A DNA stretch of 64,000 nt from Squalus acanthias (taxonomy: Eukaryota), in contig CM059445.1 of assembly GCA_030390025.1 (NCBI GenBank), forward strand, positions 58,900,001 through 58,964,000. Direction: 5' to 3'. Positions 52,701 to 61,659 of this stretch are shown here, one piece after another. The notes beneath the pieces are model-generated. The model searched no databases. It was given only the letters and a program-made list of their open reading frames with translations, and was not told the DNA's origin. The translations under genes were made by a program, and so were the position numbers. Each line of letters starts with the position of its first letter. The stretch's first letter is position 1.

Positions 52701-55580
52701 TTGGTGGCCGTGCCTTCAGCTGCCTGGACCCTAAGCTATGGATTTCCCTCCCTAAACCTCGCCACCTCTCGTACGTTCTCTCCCCCTTTAAGACGCTCTT
52801 TAAAACCTCTTTGACCAAGCTTTTGGTCACCTGTCCTAATGTCTCCTTCTTTGGCTTGGAGTCAATTTTTGTCTGATAATCGCTCCTGTGAAGCGCCCTG
52901 GGACTTTTTTACTATGTTAAAGGCGCTGTATAAATGCAAGTTGTTGTTGTTGACTGGGAGCAACATGGCAGTATGTTGAGTGCAGACTGTTTAAACTATA
53001 GGCTGATGGGGAGGCATAGTACAGAGCACAGGCATCTGATACAGTAAGACAAAAGGAGGAGTGCCAAGGTCTTCTTAGCTACAGAGTGTCATTGGCAGAT
53101 CCCGGGGCAGATCTATAACTTCTCTCTCAGCAACAACAACTTGCATTTATATAGCGGCTTTAACACAGTAAAATGTCACAGGAGCGATGATCAAACAAAA
53201 TTTGTCACCTAGGCATATAAGGAGATATTAGGGCAGGTGACCAAAAACTTGGTCAGAGGTCGGTTTTAAGGAGCATCTTAAAGGAGGTGAGAGAGCTAGA
53301 GAGGTTTAGGGAGGGAATTCCAGAGCTTAGGGCCCAGGCAGCTGAAGGCGCGGCCGCCAATGGTGGGGCGATTAAAATCAGGGATGCGCAAGAGGCCAGA
53401 ATTGGAGAAGCGCAGAGATCTCGGAGGGTTGTAGGGCTGGAGGAGATTACAGAGATAGGGAGGGGGGTGAGGGCCATGGAGGGATTTGAAAACAAGGATG
53501 AGAATTTTAAAATCGAGGCGTTGCCGGACCGGGAGCCAATGTAGGTCAGCGAGCACAGGGGATGATGGTGAACGGGACTTGGTGCGAGTTAGGACACGGG
53601 GCAGCAGAGTTTTTGGATGAGTTCAGACAGAGATGTTGGGTTGGAAATAGACTTCCGGAGGCGAAGAATCAACGAGTTTAACAAACCGGCACCTCCCACA
53701 CAAACATTTACTTTTATTCTTTTTTTTTCCTAGTTTGTCCAATTCCGGCGAAAGGTCATCATCCCCAGAACGGAGCGCTTTTGGGGCAGGGTGGAGTGGT
53801 CAGGGAACCTCGTAAAGAATGATGTCTCTGTCACTATTCACGACATACAGCTCAGTGATGAAGGCTTTTACAACTGTTACGTCTTAAACCCTCCTGACAG
53901 ACATAAAGGGTTGGGAACAATCTATCTGAACGTGGTCACAGAAGGTATTGTAAAATAATGTTGCTGTTGTCTCGATCCCTTCATCCTCAATTCTTCGACT
54001 TGCCTGTTCTTTCCCCTATCTACGATCTTCCATTGCGCTCTCTCTCTGTTTTCTGTGACTTCTACCCTTTTGTGTCCTGTTGTAGATGTTCTTTCCCCCC
54101 CACTGACTAACCATCTGTCTGAGCCAAAGTTTGGATTTTGTTCCATTTTCGAATTTTTCGATAATTCAGGCAAACTTGAACAACCTACTTGACAGGGAGC
54201 GAATAATTTATTGTCCTTCCATGAAGAAGTGCAGGTGAAGTTTGGCAGCAAGATGAGAAGATCACCTTTGGGATCCGAGCCTGCATCTCTCTCCAACTGA
54301 TGGGATGGAGGCCTCTTTTTTGATGACTGCAAGTTGAAATGGGTTTCATCCATGATTTTGTCGGTTTCAGAATCATCTATTCCAATGCTCTGCTGGCCGG
54401 CCTTCCATCTTTCAACCTCCGTAAACTTAACCTCATCCAAAACTCTGCTGCCCGTGTCCTAACTCGCACCAAATCCCGTTCACCCATCACCCCCTGTGCT
54501 CGCTGATCTACATTGGCTCCCGGTCTGGCAACGCCTCCAATTTAAAATTCTCATCCTTGTGTTTATATCCCTCCAAGGCCTCACTCCTCCCTATCTCTGT
54601 AATCTCCTCCAGCCCTACAACCCGCCAAAATCGCTGCGCTCCCCCAATTCTGGCCTCTTGCGCATCCCCGATTTTAATCGCTCCACCATTGGTGGCCGTG
54701 CCTTCAGCTGCCTGGGCCCTAAGCTCTGGAATTCCTTCCCTAAATCTCTCCACCTCTCTACCTCCCTCTCCTCCTTTAAGACACTCCTTAAAACCTACCT
54801 CTGCCACCTGTCCTAATATCCCCTTATGTGGCTTGGTGTCAAAATCTGTTTGATAATATTCCTGTGAAGTGCCTGGGGACATTTTACTATGTTAAAGGCG
54901 CTTTATAAATGCAAGTTGTTGTGTGACGCCAGTCTCAACCCAGTTTCTGGTAGGTCTAGTCCACGGCATGTAACAGACTAGAATTTGACACAAATTGGTA
55001 TAGTGAGGGACCACAGTGATGCTTTTCCCAACTGACATATGCTGGGCACAGAATCCTCACAAAATGCCCTTATTTAAATGTTTAATAGAATAAGAACATA
55101 AGATATAGGAGCAGGAGTCGGTCATTTGGCCCCTCGAGCCTGCTCCACCATTCAATAAGATCATGGCTGATCTTCTACCTCAAAGCCACTTTCCTGCACT
55201 CTCCCCATATCCCTTGATTCCCTTAATATTCAAAAATCTATCGATCTCATGCCGATGGTTCCTATATTAATTTTTCCCTCCAAAATTATGCATTTAGCAA
55301 GAGACACCCTGCGTAAATGAAGTAGACAATTCCTCAACGTAAAATAGACTACCGATTGACATGTGATATTTCTCTTTCAGTGGCCCCTGAACGTGACTCC
55401 ATAGTCGCTGTGATTATTGGCGCTTCTGTCGGGGGGTTTCTGGCTGTCGTCATTCTGAGTCTAGTGATCGTGAAGTGTATCAGGAGGAAAAAGAAACAGG
55501 ACCATCAATCTGAAGATCAGAAAACCGAAGAGGAAGGCAAAACGGACGGCGAAGGGAATCAGGACGAAGACGAAAAGTAA
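30490..55580 (+). CDS. SCN2B: Sodium channel subunit beta-2, 4 coding exons, 218 aa (join 30490-30568,51306-51472,53734-53944,55381-55580)
   Basis: Diagnostic peptides [68 protein letters not shown]; GT-AG junctions with consistent phases 1,0,1. Confidence 0.97.
31355..31467 (-). mobile_element. Degenerate Penelope pLTR remnant with decayed hammerhead
   Basis: Reverse complement resembles 25275-25380; CUGAGGA and stem II are retained but the GAAA core is mutated. Confidence 0.55.
32354..32768 (+). mobile_element. L2 LINE 3' fragment inserted in a minus-strand CR1 fragment (about 31930-32792)
   Basis: L2 C-terminus and tail; CR1 sequence resumes briefly after it. Confidence 0.8.
33100..33525 (+). 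mobile_element. SacSINE1-like DeuSINE
   Basis: tRNA head GCTCAGTG..GGGTTCA, GGTGCCGTCTTTCAGATGAGACGT Deu-domain, tail. Confidence 0.82.
34105..34542 (+). mobile_element. SacSINE1-like DeuSINE, near full length
   Basis: A and B boxes (TGGCTCAGTGG, GGTTCAAGT), Deu-domain, tail GTGAAAGGCGCTATATAAATGCAAGTCTTTC. Confidence 0.85.
34598..35634. mobile_element. Putative old non-autonomous hAT-like element (about 1 kb)
   Basis: Ends CAGTATTGCCAA and TTGGCATTACTG (1 mismatch) with TCTC(G/A)(C/T)GA-like subterminal motifs at both ends; TSD unclear. Confidence 0.45.
36595..37331. mobile_element. MITE family A copy, inserted in CR1
   Basis: TIR GGGCTGGATTTTG...CAAAATCCAGCCC, TSD TTT; reverse orientation relative to the 23228 copy. 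Confidence 0.85.
37524..38124. mobile_element. MITE family A copy with internal deletion, inserted in the same CR1
   Basis: GGGCTGGAT...ATCCAGCCC ends, TSD TCT; near-identical reverse complement of 36595-37192. Confidence 0.85.
39101..39850 (-). mobile_element. Nested CR1 LINE 3' fragment
   Basis: ORF 39194-39844 ([14 protein letters not shown]...[12 protein letters not shown]) with its own tail, inside the larger CR1. Confidence 0.9.
41020..41370 (+). repeat. Pyrimidine-rich low-complexity repeat
   Basis: CCCCCACTCTCACTCC-like units. Confidence 0.7.
41425..41815 (+). mobile_element. CR1 LINE 3' fragment
   Basis: [24 protein letters not shown]. Confidence 0.8.
41818..43726 (-). repeat. 67-bp tandem repeat (same family as 15680-16246, opposite strand), about 28 copies
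   Basis: Unit ACACTCCCAGGGCAGGTACAGCACGGGTTAGATACAGAGTAAAGCTCCCTCTACACTGTCCCATCAA. Confidence 0.97.
45146..45325 (+). mobile_element. L2 LINE extreme 3' end
   Basis: FLKTY..DQAF C-terminus and AAAGGCGCTA..TAAATGCAAGTTGTTG tail. Confidence 0.75.
45735..47981 (-). mobile_element. CR1 LINE, RT to 3' end, with MITE B in its (CATAGAGT)n tail
   Basis: ORFs 47593-47982 and 46916-47617 with [22 protein letters not shown]. Confidence 0.92.
45752..46646. mobile_element. MITE family B copy (opposite orientation), inserted in a CR1 microsatellite tail
   Basis: TIR GGGGGAGAAATT...AATTTTTCCCCC, TSD ATA; colinear reverse complement of 18226-19117. Confidence 0.82.
48078..51220 (-). mobile_element. 3' end of a distinct CR1-group LINE family split by the 48320-51147 CR1 (pieces about 48078-48320 and 51148-51220)
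   Basis: Joined pieces match the reverse complement of 60668-60970 ([19 protein letters not shown]; GGCAATAAATGCTGG tail). Confidence 0.75.
48320..51147 (-). mobile_element. CR1 LINE with near-complete frameshifted ORF2 (APE plus RT)
   Basis: APE at 50570-51147, RT pieces down to 48533; AAGAACAT tail; nested in another LINE 3' end. Confidence 0.93.
51306..51472 (+). CDS. SCN2B: SCN2B exon 2
   Basis: ccctttag| acceptor; [13 protein letters not shown]...CTFNSCY...[10 protein letters not shown]; donor CTG|gtaagg; 167 nt. Confidence 0.97.
51538..52950 (+). mobile_element. L2 LINE, RT domain to 3' tail, frameshifted
   Basis: [47 protein letters not shown] motifs; (GTT)n tail. Confidence 0.92.
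53131..53623 (-). mobile_element. L2 LINE 3' fragment
   Basis: Minus-strand [18 protein letters not shown]...[17 protein letters not shown]. Confidence 0.88.
53734..53944 (+). CDS. SCN2B: SCN2B exon 3
   Basis: ttttttcctag| acceptor; [10 protein letters not shown]...RVEWSGN..KNDVSV...[18 protein letters not shown]; donor G|gtattg; 211 nt; missed by the ORF track. Confidence 0.97.
54365..54921 (+). mobile_element. L2 LINE 3' fragment
   Basis: [18 protein letters not shown]...[17 protein letters not shown]; tail. Confidence 0.88.
55381..55580 (+). CDS. SCN2B: SCN2B exon 4 (TM and cytoplasmic tail)
   Basis: tctctttcag| acceptor; [26 protein letters not shown]...KCIRRKK...GNQDEDEK*. Confidence 0.97.
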
Positions 55581-55609
55581 GGATCTCTGTCAGACCCAAC
55601 TATGTGTCA

Positions 55610-55912
55610 CCGTGGCTCAGTGGGTAGCACTCGCGCCTCTGAGTCAGAACGGTTGTGGGTTCAAGTGCCACTCTGACACTCCCAGTGCAGTACTGAGGGA
55701 GTGCTGCACTATCGGAGTCTGCCGTTTTCTGGATGAGATGTTAAACCGAGGCCCTGTCCGCTCTCTCAGGTGGACGGGGAAGATCCTGTGGCACAGGAGT
55801 TCTTCGTGGTATCCTGGGCCAATATTTATCACTGAAACAGAGATTAACTGGTCATTTTTGCTGTTTGTGGGAGCTTGCTGTGAAAGGCGCTATATGAATG
55901 CAAGTTTGTTTG
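55610..55912 (+). mobile_element. SacSINE1-like DeuSINE with internal deletions, just after the SCN2B exon 4 stop
   Basis: tRNA head, Deu-domain and tail segments in order. Confidence 0.78.
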
Positions 55913-56082
55913 TTCCTTCCTGTAACCAAAGGTAACAGATGATGCTAATCCAGAAAAATTGCAAAGCAGAGTGAAAGAGGCAGGAAACCTAATGTAAAAT
56001 GAATCATACAGAGTTAAGATTCCTGGCATTGAGATTCAAATTCATGCTAATTGTTGCTCCAATTATGTTTCTGTTTTTGCAG

Positions 56083-56092
56083 GCAGCACTAG
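56083..56092 (+). CDS. SCN2B: Putative SCN2B terminal exon 5, coding part (...K-Q-H-stop), followed by 3' UTR
   Basis: Donor AA|gtaagg at 55576/55577 overlaps the stop codon; acceptor tttctgtttttgcag| at 56082 with GCTAAT branch-like site about 33 nt upstream. Confidence 0.55.
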
Positions 56093-56542
56093 ACCAACGC
56101 AGGGACAATGACAAAAGGTCGAGGCTGAGGACGATCTGCCTCTGGTGACAAACTGTTGGTCTTCGTGCTTCGTGGGCTATTACCGATTCGCCGCCGTGTT
56201 CAACCCGCGCTGCTTCACATTAAACACGAGCGCTGAGATGACCCACCTTCCGCTGTGCCGTGAAACCGTGCTAGCTTCGTCGTGCATGCCATCAACCTCC
56301 AAACTGTGCGCAGGTGTAAACGCTAAATCGTGGCAGCGCCCAAAGTGAGCACCAGCTTCACACCATCGCCGTATATATCACGCTACACGTCATGCCAAGT
56401 GTCATATTAGTGTGGTGAATTCTAGCTAAGGATGTTAATTGTGCATGTTGTAATCGGGCAGCAATGATTAGGCCGTACATTACTGTTAAAAAAAATAATG
56501 CACACGCAAGCTCATTGCTGCATGGCTTTCTTATTCATTGGC

Positions 56543-56718
56543 GGGGGTCATTTAAACCTCACGTGCCAGGCGGGAATCCCACAGGATCGGGTGGAACGCC
56601 GGTTACACCCCGCCCAATATTGCACATCAATGGAGAGTAAAATTGCGCGGTGTGTAAAACCAGCATTGCTCTTGATCCCGTCCGTTTCCCGTTGGGCGGT
56701 TAAGTTAAAATTGCCCCC
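56543..56718. mobile_element. Small palindromic MITE family C copy in putative SCN2B 3' UTR
   Basis: GGGGGTCATTTAAAC...GTTAAAATTGCCCCC; shares GGCGTTCCACCCGATCCYGTGGGATTC (reverse strand) with 8212-8387. Confidence 0.65.
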
Positions 56719-57589
56719 ATTAATATTGTTACTGACTTTCTGATTTTTTTTTTCAAATTAATGCCTCAAAACATCCGCTGAAAAGATTTGGGAGACTCCA
56801 ATCTCTCCATTGGGTATGGCCAATGAGACCTGAATGCATCACGGGCTACTGTTCTTGTCCAATTACCTTGTTAATCCCAGAACAGGAGAATTCTCAAAAT
56901 GGAGGTTTAGATTGGATGATTGTGAAATGGCCGCCTCAAAACAACTTCCAATGTCTTTCTCCCTTGGAAGAAGAGGGGAGTAATAGCCCGTTCTCCAGTC
57001 AGCGGAGTGGGACATTCTGGACACACAGCACAAAACACCCTTTTTTTTCCGTTTCCTTGTGCCAAATATGTGGGTAATTTTGAGCTGAGAAATTGAACTT
57101 GTGAACGGCTGGATTGAGAGGACCGATTTTCACACATAAAGGAAAACCTTTGCAACCGTATTTGAGCACGATTAGAAGTCCCAAGGCCAGAAGGTGCCAC
57201 AATGCCAACAGATGGCATAAATTTATTATTCTAGTCATCGGGGCTGATATGGGGTCTCCTGGTAGGGTCCCCAACCCTCCCGGAATGGCCAGGAGTTTCC
57301 CAGATTCAGGGATTCCTATCCCGAGCACTGCCTCCAGTAGCCTGGGCGATCAGCAATTTAAATTTGCCGCCACAGTGCCCCACATGAACAACAGACTCTG
57401 ATCTGTGAGGCACTGCAAATAATGACTGACTGTTAGCCTGGCATCGGGAGTCAGAACCAGGTTAAACCGCATTCATTTTAAACAGAATCATTTCCCAGCC
57501 TTTCCCAAGGAGCTCGTCACCGGCTACTACTCAAAGCCGTCACCCGCAGAGAGCCGCGACCAGCTGGGGGGAGGGGCAGTGAGTGGAGA

Positions 57590-58570
57590 GGGAGACTGGG
57601 TATGGGGTCTTAGGGAGACTGGGAAATGGGGTCTTAGAGAGACTGGGGAATGGGGTCTTAGAGAGACTGGGGAATGGGGTCTTAGAGAGACTGGGGAATG
57701 GGGTCTTAGAGAGACTGGGGAATGGGGTCTTAGGGAGACTGGGAAATGGGGTCTTAGAGAGACTGGGAAATGGGGTCTTAGAGAGACTGGGGAATGGGGT
57801 CTTAGAGTGACTGGGGAATGGGGTCTTAGGGAGACTGGGAAATGGGGTCTTAGAGAGACTGGGGAATGGGGTCTTAGGGAGACTGGGAAATGGGGTCTTA
57901 GAGAGACTGGGGAATGGGGTCTTAGAGAGACTGGGGAATGGGGTCTTAGAGAGACTGGGGAATGGGGTCTTAGAGAGACTGGGGAATGGGGTCTCAGAGA
58001 GACTGGGAAATGGGGTCTTAGAGAGACTGGGAAATGGGGTCTTAGAGAGACTGGGGAATGGGGCCTTAGAGAGACTGGGGAATGGGGATGGGGGGAGAGA
58101 TGGAGACAGGGGAATGGGGGCTCGGGGGAGAGATGGAGACTGGGGAATGGGGGAGAGGTGGGAGAGATGGAGACGGGAATGGGGGCTCGGGGAGAGAGGC
58201 AGACTGGGGAATGGGGGCTCGGGGAGAGAGACAGAGACTGGGGAATGGGGGCTCGGGGAGAGAGACAGAGACTGGGGAATGGGGGCTCGGGGAGAGAGAC
58301 AGAGACTGGGGAATGGGGGCTCGGGGAGATGGGGAATGGGGAATGATGGCTCGGGGGGGAGAGATCGGGAATGGGGGCTTGGGGGGAGAGATGGGGAATG
58401 GGGGCTCGGGGGGAGAGATGGGGAATGGGGGCTCGGGGGGGAGAGATGGGGAATGGGGGCTTGGGGAGATGGGGAATGGGGGCTCGGGGGGGAGAGATGG
58501 GGAATGGGGGCTCGGGGGGAGAGATGGGGAATGGGGAATGGGGGCTCGGGGGGCGAGATGGAGACTGGGG
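57590..58570 (+). repeat. 24-bp tandem repeat (57590-58082) grading into a degenerate G-rich repeat
   Basis: Unit GAGACTGGGGAATGGGGTCTTAGA, then GAGATGGGGAATGGGGGCTCGGGGG variants. Confidence 0.95.
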
Positions 58571-59519
58571 TGGGTGTGGGGACCAGCATTTCCCGCAGAG
58601 CCGGGAGCAGAAGCAGCAAGGTGGTGAGTGGGAGCGGCACTGAGAGAGGAGCAGACAGTAAAGGGACGAGTTAAACATGGGAACCTCACTGTGGGTAAAT
58701 AGTGAAAGATTGTTTCCACTGGTGGGGGAATGGGGAACTAGGGAATGGAAACCAAGGATTCTCACTGGGAAGATCTTGAACTGAGGGCTATTAAACCGCG
58801 GGATCCTTCACCACATGTGACGATTGAGGGACAGACTAAAACTTCACTTCAAAGGGAAGGGCATAAATATTTGAGCATGTGATCAGATGTTACGTGATCA
58901 GGCATCACATGGTCAGATTATCACATGGTCAGAATGTCATGTGGTCAGAATGTAACGATCAAGCCTCCAGGAATGCCTCCAACCCTATTTTCCTGGTCTC
59001 CCGCTGGAGGTACATCAGAATGTCCACCCCATCTTCTTTTGGGTTGCCGTGGCAATAGCCCATTCCCGTGATGCTTTGTATCAAGTCCACATGCTCAGAC
59101 TAAGACTGCCCATGAGGCGTGCTGATATTCTCTAACTTTACGCCTCTCCCTTTCCCTTGCGTTGCTGAGCTTGTATTGTTCCTTCAAAGTGTAGTCCTGC
59201 AACTAACCTGAAACCCTTCAACAGCTGAGCTGCACTCGCTTGCTTGCTTAACTGGTCTAGACCCACCCTGTCCAGGCTCTACCTTGGAGTTCACAAACCA
59301 GACTGAATTGAGCCGAGCTGTAGCTAGCTAGACAAGCTTATTATTTTTGACATGGGTTTGCTATTCCGGCTTCAGCCTGCTCGTAAACCATCTCTGATTG
59401 CAGACAAAGTTGGCCATTGTCCAGATGGGAAGAGGCGATTCCACCTTGGGTGGTTTTAGTTAATGTGTGGTCTCAGCTCCTGATCCTGACCTTAATGCCG
59501 GACGCACTTTAACTTCACT

Positions 59520-59899
59520 TAGGCTTGCCAACTACATGCGGACAGGAGGTTTCATCACATGACCTCCAACCTCTAACCACGCCCCCGCCCACACTCCACG
59601 CCATTGGCCGCCCGACATGCGGTGGCGCCCCACCTTCCCCACGGCCAATCGGAAACCAAACCAACTCTTCGTTACCCGACTGGATGATACTTGACTGTCA
59701 GTCAAACAACCGTTTTGGCCCCTCCCCATTTCCAATATTTTTATAACTGACGAAAGTGTTCAAAGAAAATGAAGAAACAACACTTTTTTTAAACGCTATG
59801 ATTTTTTAAATCCTGGGTGTTGCTGGCAGTGGTGTCCAGGAGATTAATCTTTCATTCCTGGAGACGCCAGGGAAATCCTGGAGGAGTTGGCAACCCCTA
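59520..59899 (+). mobile_element. hAT-like MITE (TAGGGTTGCCAAC family)
   Basis: TAGGCTTGCCAACT...AGTTGGCAACCCCTA; degenerate 8-bp TSD ACTTCACT/GCTTCAGT. Confidence 0.78.
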
Positions 59900-60036
59900 G
59901 CTTCAGTTGATGGACAAGAGACTCCAGTTTAGTATTTTCTTCTGACGATGGTGTAACTCCTCCGGTGCTGGGTGCTAATGACATCATAAGCACAGCCCCC
60001 CCCCCTTGCTATTGTAAATGAATTCCAACAGAGTGG

Positions 60037-60278
60037 GAAGGGGAGTTATCCCCGGTGTCCTGGGGCCAATATTTATCCCTCAATCAACATCACTAAAACA
60101 CATTATCTGGTCACTTATCACTTTGCTGCTTGTGGGATCTTGCTGTGCGCAAATTGGCTGCTGCGTTTCCCACATTACAACAGTGACTACACTTCAAACA
60201 ACTACTTCATTGGCTGCAAAGCGCTTTGGGACGTCCGGTGGCCGTGAAAGGCGCTGTAGAAATGCAAGTCTTTCTTTC
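60037..60278 (+). mobile_element. SacSINE1-like DeuSINE, 3' half
   Basis: GGGGAGTTATCCCCGGTGTCCTGG...GTGAAAGGCGCTGTAGAAATGCAAGTCTTTC. Confidence 0.8.
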
Positions 60279-60515
60279 GAAATAGTCACCAATGGGACAC
60301 CTTCCCCAACACATCAAACATGTACTGACTCAATGCAAAATTTCAAAAACATTTTGCTGAACCATTTAGAAAAGGGTTGAAGTATTTGAGAAATGATACC
60401 GTTTTTATATCTTTTTCTTGGCGTCTTTCCTCTTTGGGAAGTTTTCAGTATTGCCGGAGTTATATGAGGGGAGTGTCAGGGGTTCGGGATATCTGTTAGT
60501 TGTAATGTAGGTAAA

Positions 60516-60521
60516 AATAAA
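60516..60521 (+). terminator. Candidate SCN2B polyadenylation signal
   Basis: AATAAA in AT-rich unique DNA followed by a T-rich tract; implies a 3' UTR of about 4.4 kb. Confidence 0.35.
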
Positions 60522-60667
60522 GTAAATGTGATTGAAATAACACTTCATGATGTTCTGTAGTTTCTTTTTATACTTTTTTTCCAATTCGCTCTGCTTCTCC
60601 CTCGAAGGCACTAACTGACCTTGGGTACAGTCTCTCTCCAGTACCTCAACCACGTTTGCATTCTTTG

Positions 60668-60970
60668 ACAGCACCTCCGAAACCCGCGACCTCGACCACC
60701 TAGAAGGACAAGGGCAGCAGGCGCATGGGAACACCACCACCTCCAAGTCACACACCATCCTGACTTGGAAATATATCGCTGATCCTTCATCGTCGCTGGG
60801 TCAGAATCCTGGAACTCCCTCCCTAACAGCACTGTGGGAGCACCTTCACCACACGGACTGCAGCGGGTCAAGATGGCGGCTCACCACCACCTTCTCGAGG
60901 GCAACTAGGGATGGGCAATAAATGCTGGCCTTGCCAGCGACGCCCACATCCCGCGAATGAATAAAAAAAA
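60668..60970 (+). mobile_element. 3' end of the distinct CR1-group LINE family
   Basis: [25 protein letters not shown]; tail GGCAATAAATGCTGGCCTTGCCAGCGACGCCCACATCCC..GAATAAAAAAAA. Confidence 0.8.
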
Positions 60971-61659
60971 TTCTTCATGTGTGAGTCTCAACAATGGCTA
61001 TCACTAGGCTATTTGAACAAGGGGGGCATCATGGTCCAGTCCAATGCTGACCTTACCTATGTACACACACTGCGCACTCTCCAAAAGGGATGTAAAGGAC
61101 AGTGATCAGGAGTGGGAATCCTAGCTGGCTTTTACCCTCCTTATCTTGGAGAGACTGAGGCCATGTTGTATCCCTCAGTTTAGGTCCTTCCTGGTCTGTG
61201 CGACTTAGCTCCACACTTAGATCCTGCTCGCGTATGAATGACGGCCACTCTGGCAGGTTATCAGCCTTCTAGGCCCCAAGCTCTGGAATTTCAACCCAAA
61301 ACATCTCTGCCGCTCCAGCTCGCTCTCCTCCTTTAAGACCTTCCTTAAAACTTACCTCTTTGAGCAAGCTTGTAGTCGCCTATCCTAATGACTCCTTCTT
61401 TGGATTGGTGTCAAATTTTGTCTGATTACACTCCTGTGAAGTGCCTTGTCTTTCAGAGACATGAGTACATAATCTAGGCTGACTCCAGGGCAGTACTGAG
61501 GGAGCGCTGCACTGTCAGAGGTGCCGTCTTTCAAGTGAGACGTTAAACCGAGGCCCCGCCTGCCTGGAATGGAGTGGGGGAATGGGACTAACTGGATTGC
61601 TCTAAGGAGAGCTGGCACAGACTTGATGGACTGAATGGCCTCCTTCTGTGCCGTTATGA

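Noticed and set aside
57527-58765. 412, 366 and 255 aa ORFs
   Set aside because: Artefacts of the 24-bp and degenerate G-rich repeats; open on both strands.
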